From positions 35,060 through 99,059 of IMG/VR virus record IMGVR_UViG_3300035086_000100: DNA of 64,000 bases. One strand, 5' to 3'. A program made the position numbers and the translations under genes. Positions 55,299 to 63,976 of the stretch are shown here, piece after piece (position 1 is the stretch's first letter; each line of letters opens with the position of its first letter). The notes below the pieces were generated by a model that saw only the letters and a list, made by a program, of their open reading frames with translations, was not told the DNA's origin and ran no database searches. This stretch comes from a virus.

Positions 55299-55606
55299 GC
55301 GACGGCAGCAGGGTCATGGTCAGGTACCGGGGCGCCGTAGCGGAGGTGACCGCCGTGGCGGAACGGCCCGGCGAGCCTGACCTGTGCGCGCTGCGGCTGG
55401 CGGACGGCACGGAGACGCGGGCCGGGGCCGATGAGCTGACGGCGGTGACGAGCGCCGGGATACCGTACGGCGCCGGGATACCGTTCGTCTACGCCAGCGC
55501 GGACCCGCCGCCGCCCCGGCCCGGGACCGGGAGGCCGTTAGTGGACGTGACGGTGGCCGTGCTGGTGCTGGCCGCGCTGCGGCCTGTCCCCGGCGGTGCC
55601 CGGTGA
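55295..55606 (+). CDS. Hypothetical protein
   Basis: GTGA coupling. Confidence 0.5.
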   Translation: MSDGSRVMVRYRGAVAEVTAVAERPGEPDLCALRLADGTETRAGADELTAVTSAGIPYGAGIPFVYASADPPPPRPGTGRPLVDVTVAVLVLAALRPVPGGAR

Positions 55607-55996
55607 CGCCCGGCGAGGAAGCGCCGGGCGGTCGAGGCCAGGTGCCCCGGCTGGGTGGTGACGTACGGGTGGTACACGCGCCGTTTCTGGGCGTTCGGGG
55701 CAGCGGACGGGCAGCCGGTGGCAGCACAGACGGCCGGGGAACTGCTCGGGCTCCTCCGGGCACCGCCGGTTCGTCATGACGAGCGCGAGCCTCCTCCGGT
55801 GCCGGGATGGCCTCCCCCGGTTCCGGGGGCTTTAGCCGCAGGACCCGCGCGGCCCCCGGGACGCCTCCCCCTCCGGGCGTGTCCCGGGGCCGGGCCTCCC
55901 GCCGTTTCCGGCAGGCGGCAGGGAGGGGTCCTGCCCCGGAGGCGGGACCGGCCCGGGAATTGGCAGCGGCCCCGGTGCCGGTTCCGCCTCGCCTGA
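55603..55996 (+). pseudogene. Frameshifted small gene (PGWVV.YG.Y.RRFWAF domain)
   Basis: Coupled GTG 55603 is one base out of frame with the motif; removing one C near 55624 restores MTPGEEARAVEARCPGW. Confidence 0.45.
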
Positions 55997-56343
55997 ACGG
56001 AACGTCCCCCGCGAAAGGAACCCCCCGTGTCCCCGAGACCAGCACGACGGACCGCGCCGGCCCGGCCCGTGTTCGACCCTGACGCCCCTTACAGCCGTGA
56101 CCTGGCGGAGGGGATCAGGAACGCCGGGATTCCGGCGCGGGACCGTTTCTGCCTCCACGACAACGGCACCGGCCGCTTGTGCTGCCGGCCATCATCTCCC
56201 GCCGACCCGAACGGCGGGTGCGCGGATCACCCGACCCGGTTGATGCCGAACCCTGCGTGAACGACGATGGAACGCCCCCGTCCCCCCGGCCGCTAAGGGC
56301 TCAGGGGAACGGGGACGCAGTCTTCAGGCGGCGAAGGGCGGGT

Positions 56344-57591
56344 TCAGGTGGCAGGTTCCGGCGGCCGTGCGGGCGATACGTGCATCCGCGCCAGAAGGGC
56401 CACCAGCAAGGCCGCTGCCGGGATTTCCATCCCCAGAATCTCAGGTGACAGGTGCACCCCGAACGTGGCCGCGGCGGTCGCCAGGGTGCCCAGGACCGTC
56501 GTGATTGCCCCTACCGTGACCCGGCGGGTTCCTGTCGTCCTTGTCGTGACCGTGGCCACGACCCCGCTGATGCCGACGATGGCGGTCAGGGTGGCGTGCA
56601 GTTCGGTGGCGGTCAGGTGCAGCCCGAACCGGTTCCGGGCGAACGCCGCCGCGGCGGCGAGGACTGCGGCAGTCCCGGCTGAGGTGAGCAGCGGCTCGGC
56701 GGCGACCGCCCGGGATACTGAGCGGGTCACTGCCGACGTCCTGCCCGCGGCGACGTGGCTGCGGGGCGGCGGAACGTAGCCGGCGGGGAGCATCAGCGAG
56801 ATCCCGGCGGGCATCGGCGCGGACAGGTCCCCGGCGTTGATATAGGCCGTCAGGTCCCCGGCGTAGGTGCCTTCCCTGACCGCTGTCTTGCGCAGGATCG
56901 TGGACGGCAGCGTCCCGGCCGAGCGGGCTATCGCCATCAGGGACTGGCCGCCGGGGGTCTTGTGCATCACCCAGCCGGCGGCGTGCTTCCCCATGGCGCT
57001 GGTCATCGCGCCCATGTCCGGGTAGTTCGCGGCGTTCCGGTCAACGGGCCCGCTGGTGGAGTACTGGTGGACGGACCACAGCGACCACGGCGGGGGGACG
57101 CGCGGGTGCCCTTCGCGGCTCGACGGGTCGGAGATCCACAGCGGGTAGGCGCCCAGGCCCGCGCAGTTGCCGTCCTGCGCGAACGACAGGTAGGTGTACA
57201 GGAACGGCCGGCGGTCCAGCTGCTTCTCAAGTTCCGCCATGACCCCGGCGGCCCAGGCGGCGACGTGAGCGGGCGCCAGGCCGTCAGCCTGCTCCAGGTC
57301 CAGCATGATGCCGTCCGCGTCCCGCAGCCCCAGTTTCCGCAGTTCGGTGACGAACAGCGAGACCGTGACGCTGACGCTGACGGACGGATGGCCGAACAGG
57401 TAGGCGATCCGGGCTTTCCTGTTCGCGGCAAGATACGCCCAGTCGGCGGCTGCGTCCGGGTTCACGTACAGGGAACCGCCGGGGCCGGCTTCGGTGAGCT
57501 TGACCGCAGCCCACGCGATGTTCCCCGCCGCGCCGCGCCACTGGCCCGGGGTGCCCTGGAATGAGGCCACGTCTACGCCGTAGATGAGCAT
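56344..57591 (-). CDS. Endolysin: GH25 muramidase + LysM-like domain + C-terminal 4-TM holin-like domain
   Basis: GVDVASFQG, KLTE, AYLF, LDLE, PLWI, HQYS, VDRN; SLMAIAR LysM; EP..FGLHLT..FGVHLS..R.HVSP. Confidence 0.88.
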   Translation of the reverse strand: MLIYGVDVASFQGTPGQWRGAAGNIAWAAVKLTEAGPGGSLYVNPDAAADWAYLAANRKARIAYLFGHPSVSVSVTVSLFVTELRKLGLRDADGIMLDLEQADGLAPAHVAAWAAGVMAELEKQLDRRPFLYTYLSFAQDGNCAGLGAYPLWISDPSSREGHPRVPPPWSLWSVHQYSTSGPVDRNAANYPDMGAMTSAMGKHAAGWVMHKTPGGQSLMAIARSAGTLPSTILRKTAVREGTYAGDLTAYINAGDLSAPMPAGISLMLPAGYVPPPRSHVAAGRTSAVTRSVSRAVAAEPLLTSAGTAAVLAAAAAFARNRFGLHLTATELHATLTAIVGISGVVATVTTRTTGTRRVTVGAITTVLGTLATAAATFGVHLSPEILGMEIPAAALLVALLARMHVSPARPPEPAT

Positions 57592-57659
57592 CCCGCGGCC
57601 TTCCCTTCCTAGCGGCTGGCCGGCGGGTTCAGGTGCCCGGCCGCCCCGGTGCATCCCGG

Positions 57660-57818
57660 TCACTGGCCGTCTTCCGGGCCGAGCCGGGAGTGAATCTCGG
57701 CGAACCGCCGGTCGTCCTCGAGGCGGTGCCGCCATTGCAGGACCCCGTTCACCGATGCGATGAGAGCGGCTGCGGCAGCTAGGATCGCCGCGACTGCGCT
57801 CACCCCGTTCGCTGTCAC
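57660..57818 (-). CDS. Small single-TM lysis-cassette protein
   Basis: AVAAILAAAAALIASV; EDDRRF. Confidence 0.6.
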   Translation of the reverse strand: MTANGVSAVAAILAAAAALIASVNGVLQWRHRLEDDRRFAEIHSRLGPEDGQ

Positions 57819-57843
57819 CGCCCCGCCTTCCCCCGCGTCCCGG

Positions 57844-58263
57844 TCACTTCCGGTAGAGCCTCGCGCAGTCAACCGGCCTGAACACGCCGTGCACGTACAC
57901 CCGGAACGCGCGCACGGTCGCCAGCCGTCTCGCCCGTTCCGCCGGGGTCTCGCGCGGCGGCGGCACTGACACGCTGATGACGTGGTCCCACAGCCGGACC
58001 TGGGCGGTGCGGTAGCCGTTGCCGAGCGCGCAGCCGTTGACCTGGGTCCTGCGGATGGAGTCGGACACGCTGATCTGGCCGGCCGCGAGGAAGATCGTCA
58101 CGATCGACAGGGTGACGTCCAGGGCGACGGACACGGCGAGCCAGCGGGTTACCTTCTTGCTCCTGGCCTGCTGCTTCACGATCGCGGCCTGCGTTGCGGC
58201 AGCTTTCCCGGCGATGCTGATGGCCCGCTCGGCGAGTTCGGCTACCGGGTCCGGGCTAGGCAC
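57844..58263 (-). CDS. Single-TM protein with C-terminal Cys pair
   Basis: Coiled coil, TM WLAVSVALDVTLSIV, C..N..R..W..P.DC. Confidence 0.7.
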   Translation of the reverse strand: MPSPDPVAELAERAISIAGKAAATQAAIVKQQARSKKVTRWLAVSVALDVTLSIVTIFLAAGQISVSDSIRRTQVNGCALGNGYRTAQVRLWDHVISVSVPPPRETPAERARRLATVRAFRVYVHGVFRPVDCARLYRK

Positions 58264-58765
58264 TGGCGACCTTGCGGCGGATCGATGCCCCGGTGAACAT
58301 GCCGAGACTGGTGACGAACGGGGCAAGCCGGATGTCGACGGCTACCTCTTCCCCGGTGCGGCGCCGCATCCTCAGGTCCAGCGCGGCGCCCATGGCCCGG
58401 GTGCGGGGCTCGGACATGAACAGGGGCCGGTTCCGTTCCGCGTGCTGGTCGCGGAGCCGTTCGGGCAGGAGCACCTCGACGGGCTGGCCCCGCAGTACCG
58501 ACCGGGGGTAGCCGGTGAGCAGCTCGGCTTCGGAGTTGATCAGCGCGATCAGGCCGTCTTCCCCGACCACGACGACGGCATCGAGGGCATGGAACAAGGC
58601 GATGGCGATCTCGGAGATCAGCAGGTCCTCGGCGGACGGCCCCGAGCTTTCCCGCAGCGCCGCCGTCTCCCCGGACAGCCGGTCCATCGCTGCGGCGAGG
58701 AGCCGTGACGCGCCCGCGAGCTGCTCACCGGTCGCGGTCAGCGCCGCCACGTCCGGATCGGTCAC
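58256..58765 (-). CDS. Coiled coil + PAS domain protein (FixL-like)
   Basis: DAVVVVGEDGLI.LINSEAELLTGY....GQPVEVLLPERLRDQH..RRRTGEE..V.I.L.P. Confidence 0.9.
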   Translation of the reverse strand: MTDPDVAALTATGEQLAGASRLLAAAMDRLSGETAALRESSGPSAEDLLISEIAIALFHALDAVVVVGEDGLIALINSEAELLTGYPRSVLRGQPVEVLLPERLRDQHAERNRPLFMSEPRTRAMGAALDLRMRRRTGEEVAVDIRLAPFVTSLGMFTGASIRRKVASA

Positions 58766-58950
58766 GCAGGCTCCCCTTCCGCGCTGATCTGCTTCTGCCG
58801 TTCCACGTTCGCCTGCGCCGCCGCGAGTATCCGCCGCATGTCCGCCACCGTGGCATTCAGGTCGCTCACCAGGGCCTCGGCCTGCGCCACCAGGTCGTCG
58901 ATCCGCCGGTCTTTCGCGAGCAACTCGGCGGCGGGGTCAGTCCGGGCCAT
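58762..58950 (-). CDS. Small coiled-coil protein (62 aa)
   Basis: RBS GGAGG; MARTDPAAELLAKDRRIDDL. Confidence 0.65.
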   Translation of the reverse strand: MARTDPAAELLAKDRRIDDLVAQAEALVSDLNATVADMRRILAAAQANVERQKQISAEGEPA

Positions 58951-59245
58951 TGCCTGCCTCCAGCCGTCCGAGGCTCTCGGTGATCTGCCGCAGCGACGTC
59001 GAGATGGCGGACAGCGACGGCAGCACTTCCCCGACCTGGGATTCGATGAGCCGGTCCCGCTGCTCGATGGCCTTGTCCCGCGCGGCGACCAGTTCGGCGC
59101 GCATGGACTGAGCCTGGTCCCACAGCACCGACGCCTCAGAGGTGGACACCTTGCCGCTCGAGGCACGGCGCGTGGTCAGCCACGTCAGCAGGGCGCCGGC
59201 GATCAGGGCCGCAGCGGAGATGCCCGCGGTGATCAGGGCGCTCAC
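58937..59245 (-). CDS. Holin-like N-terminal TM + coiled coil
   Basis: LITAGISAAALIAGALLTWL, SGKV.TSEA..LW. Confidence 0.75.
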   Translation of the reverse strand: MSALITAGISAAALIAGALLTWLTTRRASSGKVSTSEASVLWDQAQSMRAELVAARDKAIEQRDRLIESQVGEVLPSLSAISTSLRQITESLGRLEAGNGPD

Positions 59246-59278
59246 CGGGCCCTCCCGCCTCTGCCGGGATCACGCCGG

Positions 59279-59854
59279 TCACTTCTTCGCCGCGTACGCC
59301 AGCAGCAGCCCGAGCACGGCGACCGCCAGCACGGCGATGCCGACGACCGCGCCCAGGTTCAGCCTGGTCTCGCCGCGCACCTCGCGGGTTTCGGTGACCT
59401 GTTCCTTGCCGCCCTGCCCGCGCGACTGCGCGTCCCGCAGGTCCCTGATGTCTTTCTGAATCGGCTCAAGGGCTGCGGAGAGGGAGGTGACTGCGGCCGA
59501 CGCGGCGGCGGCGACCTGGACGCGGGACGCCTCGGCGGTGGCGATGAGCTGGTTGGCCAGGGCGCTCGCCTGCGTGGCCGCGACTTCGGCGGCACGGTTC
59601 ACCGCGCCCACGTCAACGGCGCGGATGGCGTCGATCCGGGCCGTCTCGGCCTGCCGCAGCTCGGAGTCCTTCACATCGCGGAGCCTGGCCATCTCGGCGG
59701 CGTGCTCGCGGGCGAGGCGCGTTACCTCGGCTGCGTGCGAGGCAACCAGGTCGCGCATGTCGTCCTGGCGCTGCATCGCGGACTTGACCAGCGCGACCAC
59801 GTTTTCGGTCGGGTCGACGTAGGGGACGCCGCCCGGCGGCTGCGGCGCGGTCAC
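59279..59854 (-). CDS. Coiled-coil protein with C-terminal TM
   Basis: DPT.NV..RQDD.R..R.DAIR.VD; TM LGAVVGIAVLAVAVLGLLL. Confidence 0.75.
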   Translation of the reverse strand: MTAPQPPGGVPYVDPTENVVALVKSAMQRQDDMRDLVASHAAEVTRLAREHAAEMARLRDVKDSELRQAETARIDAIRAVDVGAVNRAAEVAATQASALANQLIATAEASRVQVAAAASAAVTSLSAALEPIQKDIRDLRDAQSRGQGGKEQVTETREVRGETRLNLGAVVGIAVLAVAVLGLLLAYAAKK

Positions 59855-59856
59855 GG

Positions 59857-60192
59857 TTAGTAGCTTTCGAGCACGTCAGCGGCCGGAACGGTGATGGTCT
59901 GCCCGCCCGTGACGACCCGGACGAACGGCTGATACTGCCCCGGCGCGAGCACCCCGGTTGCCCCTGACCCGATCTGGCACCGGACCCGGTACGTGCCGTC
60001 AGCGGCGATCAGCCAGTTCGCGGCGAGGAACACGGCAGCGTCGGGACTCTGGCCGACCGGGACGAACGCGACCGTCACCGGAAGCGCGAGCGTGACCGGG
60101 TTGAGCGGGTTCCCGGCGTCGTCTTCGAGTGCCTGCATGCTGATGAGCACGTTGCGCACCGGGTCGGTGGAGACGATGCGGGCAAGGCCCAT
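59857..60192 (-). CDS. Ig-like/BppU-like virion adaptor protein
   Basis: Beta-rich; L.PG.Y. Confidence 0.6.
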   Translation of the reverse strand: MGLARIVSTDPVRNVLISMQALEDDAGNPLNPVTLALPVTVAFVPVGQSPDAAVFLAANWLIAADGTYRVRCQIGSGATGVLAPGQYQPFVRVVTGGQTITVPAADVLESY

Positions 60193-62418
60193 CTAGGTCA
60201 CCGCCCCTGCCGTAATCTCTCCGCGGACAGGACCGGCTCTGGCTTGCTGCACCACGTGACCGGCGGCGAACGCCGTCACGATGCCGCCGGCCCTGACCAG
60301 GGCGGTGAAGGTGAGGGTGAACGACCCGCTGGCGGCCGAGACGGTGACCGCGGCGCCGACGAGGAAGATGCCGGACAGGATGTCCGCGGCGGTCACGCTG
60401 ACCGTGACCGACGTGCCGGCGAGAGTGACCGCGACCGTCAGCGCGGCAGCGGTGCCCGAATGGCCCGAAGCGGTGCCGGCCAGGGCGGCGGTCCAGGCGA
60501 GAGCCCCGGCCGACCCGGAGACGGTGACGGCAGGCCCGGTCAGCGCGGCGATCTGCGCGAGCGCCCCCGACGCGATTCCCGCCGATGCCGCTGTTCCCGC
60601 CAGGGCTTCAAGCCCGGACAGGGCGGCAGTGCTGGAAGACGACGCCGATGCTGTTCCCGCGATGACGGCGGTCCAGGCGAGAGCGCCCGAAGCGGACGGG
60701 GACGAGGCAGCGGACCCGCTGATAGCGGCAGTCCATGCCAGCGAGCCCGAAGCCGCGGCGGCCGAAGCGCTCAAGCCAGCCAGGACGGCAAGCCATGCTA
60801 GCGACCCGGCCGAGGTGCTGGCCGTTGCACACGAACCCGCGAGGCTCAGCGCCTGCGTGAAGTCGCCGGCGGACGTGCCCGGGGTTGCGGCGGTCCCGGC
60901 CAGGACCATCGCCTGGGCGAGCGAGCCCGTTGCGGTTGCAGCGGTTGCGGCTGTACCGGCGAGCGATCCGGGTGTTCCGAAATCGCCTGCGGCACTGCTG
61001 GCGGTCGAGCCCGTTCCCGAGATGACGGTCAGCCATGCGAGGCTGCCCGCCGCGGCAGACGTGCACGGCGCGGTGCCGCTGAGGCTCATCTGCTGCGCGA
61101 GAGCCCCGGCCGACGACGACGCTGACGACGCCGTCCCGGCCAGGACCGCGGTCCAGGCGAAGGCGCCAGCCGACGACGAAACGGAGGCAGCCGACCCGGC
61201 GATGACCGCAGACCACGCGAGGCTGCCCGATGCGGAACCGGCGCTGGAAGCGGTGCCGGACAGCGCGGCGGCCCACGCGAGTGACCCGGCCGCGGACGAT
61301 GCCGAAGCCGACGCGCCGGCGATCGCGACCAGCGGGAGCGCCCCGGCCGCAGATGAAGCCGTTGAGGCGGTACCCGCTACGACTGCGGTCCAGGCAAGCG
61401 AGCCCGCGGCGGAAGACGACGGAGCCGCGGTGCCCGAGAGAGCGGCCTGCCACGCCAGCGCCCCCGACGCCGTGCTGACCGGTGACGCCGTGCCCGCGAG
61501 CGCCGCAGTCCACGCGAGGGCACCAGTGGCGGCAGGGGAGTTTGCCGCAGTACCCGAGATGACCGCAGACCAGGCCAGCGAACCGGACGACGACGAAGAT
61601 TGCGACGCGGTTCCGGCGAGGGCGGCCCGCCACGCCAGCGACCCCGCAGCCGAGCTGGAAGCCGGCGCCGTGCCGGCGAGGACGGCGGTCCAGGCCAGTG
61701 CCCCGGCGGACGTGCAGGTCGTCGTGCCGGTCCCGGCCAGCGTCCAGGCGGTCGCCCCGGACGCCAGCTGGAACGCGACGAGGATGGTTTCCCAGCCGTC
61801 GACCGCGGAGCCGGACAGGGACCACGACGCCGACTCGGCTGCGCTGGTGCTGTTCTTGTAGGAGCAGAACAGGGTCGCGGAGCCGTTGGCGTTGACGTTG
61901 GCGGCGTCCGCGGTGTACCCGGTGGCGTTGGTGACGGTGACGCCGTCGCCGGGGTCGCCGTAGACGCCGAGCAGGTACTCGTTCGCGGCGGCGGTGGTGT
62001 AGGCGCCGGAGGTGGCCGGGCTGGCGGTGCCGTGGTTCTTCCCGCCGGTCCCGTCGATCATCGCCGTGGTGTTGCCGGCCAGGAGCCCGGAGACTTCCTG
62101 GGCCAGCATGGTCACGCCGAAGTTCGTGCTGACCGTCGCGGTGATCGTCGGCTTGGTCCCGACGTCGCCGGAGGGGGTGTCCATCGCCCAGACTTCGACG
62201 AAAACGGCACCGGACAGGACTACCGAGACGAGCTTGGTCAGCGCGTTATTCGAGCCGTCCTTGACCGCGGTGACGGGCTCGACCCCGCCGGAGGAGTTGG
62301 ACACGCAGATCGCGCAGATGATCTTGCTGCCTGATGACAGGTTCGCTGCAGTGAAGGTGACGGTGCCGTTGCCGGAGGTGACGGTGTGGGAGGCGGACTG
62401 CAGGCGTGACCAGGCCAC
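60193..62418 (-). CDS. Fibre-like virion protein: beta-rich N-domain + 24 x 20-aa repeats
   Basis: Consensus xAxLAGTAxxxSxAxGxLAW. Confidence 0.75.
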   Translation of the reverse strand: MAWSRLQSASHTVTSGNGTVTFTAANLSSGSKIICAICVSNSSGGVEPVTAVKDGSNNALTKLVSVVLSGAVFVEVWAMDTPSGDVGTKPTITATVSTNFGVTMLAQEVSGLLAGNTTAMIDGTGGKNHGTASPATSGAYTTAAANEYLLGVYGDPGDGVTVTNATGYTADAANVNANGSATLFCSYKNSTSAAESASWSLSGSAVDGWETILVAFQLASGATAWTLAGTGTTTCTSAGALAWTAVLAGTAPASSSAAGSLAWRAALAGTASQSSSSSGSLAWSAVISGTAANSPAATGALAWTAALAGTASPVSTASGALAWQAALSGTAAPSSSAAGSLAWTAVVAGTASTASSAAGALPLVAIAGASASASSAAGSLAWAAALSGTASSAGSASGSLAWSAVIAGSAASVSSSAGAFAWTAVLAGTASSASSSAGALAQQMSLSGTAPCTSAAAGSLAWLTVISGTGSTASSAAGDFGTPGSLAGTAATAATATGSLAQAMVLAGTAATPGTSAGDFTQALSLAGSCATASTSAGSLAWLAVLAGLSASAAAASGSLAWTAAISGSAASSPSASGALAWTAVIAGTASASSSSTAALSGLEALAGTAASAGIASGALAQIAALTGPAVTVSGSAGALAWTAALAGTASGHSGTAAALTVAVTLAGTSVTVSVTAADILSGIFLVGAAVTVSAASGSFTLTFTALVRAGGIVTAFAAGHVVQQARAGPVRGEITAGAVT
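60315..61750 (-). repeat. ~60-bp degenerate coding tandem repeat, 24 units
   Basis: 20-aa periodicity in the translation. Confidence 0.85.
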
Positions 62419-62442
62419 CCGGTTACCTCCCGGCGATTCCGG

Positions 62443-62745
62443 TCAGCGGGCGGCCCGGATCAGGCCGGGAACTTCGGGGAGCAGCACCAGCGCGACCGGG
62501 CAGCGGTGCGGGTGCGTCCGGTCCCCTGAGCAGTCCGCGCACGCGGCCATGAGGCTGCCTGCTGACTGCTCATGGGGGCGGCACAGGTACAGGTCCCGGG
62601 CGTGCCCGTGCAGGCAGATACGCCTGTACAGGAGCGCGGGGGTGGCGCCGCAGAGGGCCTGGAGATGGTCGGTGATCGCGCCGCACGGCCAGGCGCGGGG
62701 AATGTTCAGGCTGGGCGAGACCGGCTCGATCAGGTGGACGGCCAT
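62443..62745 (-). CDS. Cys/His-rich Zn-binding protein
   Basis: C..C..CLHGH..C..H..CADC..H.C. Confidence 0.55.
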   Translation of the reverse strand: MAVHLIEPVSPSLNIPRAWPCGAITDHLQALCGATPALLYRRICLHGHARDLYLCRPHEQSAGSLMAACADCSGDRTHPHRCPVALVLLPEVPGLIRAAR

Positions 62746-62761
62746 AATGGCATAAACCGGC

Positions 62762-63190
62762 TCAAAGCGTGCAAGTGAAGGCGGCTGCGGCGGCGGTCAA
62801 ACTATCCCCAACGAGCGGGGTTCGGGCATTGGCCAGCAGGAACGCCGCCAGGATGAGGCTGGTCGTACCCGACACGGCGTCAGTCAGCACCGCCCACGTG
62901 GTCGTGCCCGGCCCGGCGGTGGTGATCGGCCCGTAGGTCAGGGTGCCCGCGTTGGAGATCACCGAGGGGGAAGCGGCCGACGCGGCGCCGGGGCCGAACA
63001 CCTGCCGGGCGTACCCGTCGGACGTGGAGAACTCGGTCAGCGCCGCCATCGTCAAGTCGGTGGCGTTCGGCGCGGCGGTGATCAGCGCCAGCCAGATCGA
63101 GCCCGCCGCGGCCGACTGGGTTTTGCGGAAGACGGCTTCGAGGGCTATCTGCTCGCCGTGCTCGACAAGCTGGCCTGCTGCGAGCGGCAT
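62762..63190 (-). CDS. Small virion fibre subunit-like protein (142 aa)
   Basis: WLALITAAP..E...GYARQ..ISN....Y..W..L.DA.SG..GDSLT. Confidence 0.7.
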   Translation of the reverse strand: MPLAAGQLVEHGEQIALEAVFRKTQSAAAGSIWLALITAAPNATDLTMAALTEFSTSDGYARQVFGPGAASAASPSVISNAGTLTYGPITTAGPGTTTWAVLTDAVSGTTSLILAAFLLANARTPLVGDSLTAAAAAFTCTL

Positions 63191-63445
63191 CTAGACCGCC
63201 TCCCCTTCGGTGAAGTGAGCGGCGAAGAACTCCGGCGACACCGCCGAGTTGCGGGGCGTGCCGGTCCGGTCGGTCCAGGCAAGGATCACCGCGCCCGTGT
63301 CCTCGTCGGTGGCGATGTGGTCCGCCTCCGTGCCGGGCGGAAGGTCGAGGTCCCGCATCTCGGCGGGCAGTTCCCTTCCGTGCTCGCCGGCGTGATGTTC
63401 CCCGAGCCCCTTGCCTTCGGGGTGGGCGTAGACGTGACTAGTCAC
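63191..63445 (-). CDS. Hypothetical protein
   Basis: RBS AAAGGA; abuts the next gene. Confidence 0.6.
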   Translation of the reverse strand: MTSHVYAHPEGKGLGEHHAGEHGRELPAEMRDLDLPPGTEADHIATDEDTGAVILAWTDRTGTPRNSAVSPEFFAAHFTEGEAV

Positions 63446-63610
63446 CAGATGTCCTTTGCGTCAGGGGAATTTCCGGCCAGCCGCACAATCCGGCTACGGG
63501 CAGTAAGCGAACGGTGCCTGTCCGCACTTAAGATGGCGGGGCAAAATAAGCGGCCCGGCCGCGTGTGTCAGCATCGCGACCGGGCCTGACCGCAATCGAG
63601 GTGCGGGCTA

Positions 63611-63976
63611 ATGCCGATTTTGCCAGCAGATCCGGGTGTCCTGAAGATGACGGCCCGGACGGACGGCGAGGTGACCGTGATCGGGGTCGTCGGGGAACTG
63701 GACGCGTGGACAGCGCCCCTGTTCCGGGAGCGGGTCGGCACAGTTCTCGGGTCGGGGAACATCCGGATCGTGATCGACTTGTCGGGCTGCGAGTTCCTGG
63801 ATTCCACGGGCCTGGGCCTGATCGTCGGCGCGCTGAAACGGGCGGTCGCGGCAGGCGGCGGGCTGGCGGTCGCCTGCGACTGCGAGCGGCTCCTGAAAAC
63901 GTTCCGGATCACCGGCCTGGACAAGGTGCTCGCGATCCGCGGCACCGCCGCCGAGGCGGCCCTGGCGGTCGCCTAG
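63611..63976 (+). CDS. STAS anti-sigma-factor antagonist (RsbV/BldG-like)
   Basis: V.GELD..TAP..IDLSG.EFLDSTGLG.IV..F.ITGL. Confidence 0.92.
   Translation: MPILPADPGVLKMTARTDGEVTVIGVVGELDAWTAPLFRERVGTVLGSGNIRIVIDLSGCEFLDSTGLGLIVGALKRAVAAGGGLAVACDCERLLKTFRITGLDKVLAIRGTAAEAALAVA

Noticed and set aside
60315-61750. 60-bp periodic region as a CRISPR array or DGR template
   Set aside because: Degenerate at synonymous positions with conservation at protein level; no repeat-spacer structure, cas operon or reverse transcriptase.
15093-63976. PAS + PP2C + STAS as a complete RsbP/RsbV partner-switching pathway
   Set aside because: Genes are scattered in unrelated operons and the PP2C is not obviously SpoIIE/RsbU-type; kept only as a weak note.
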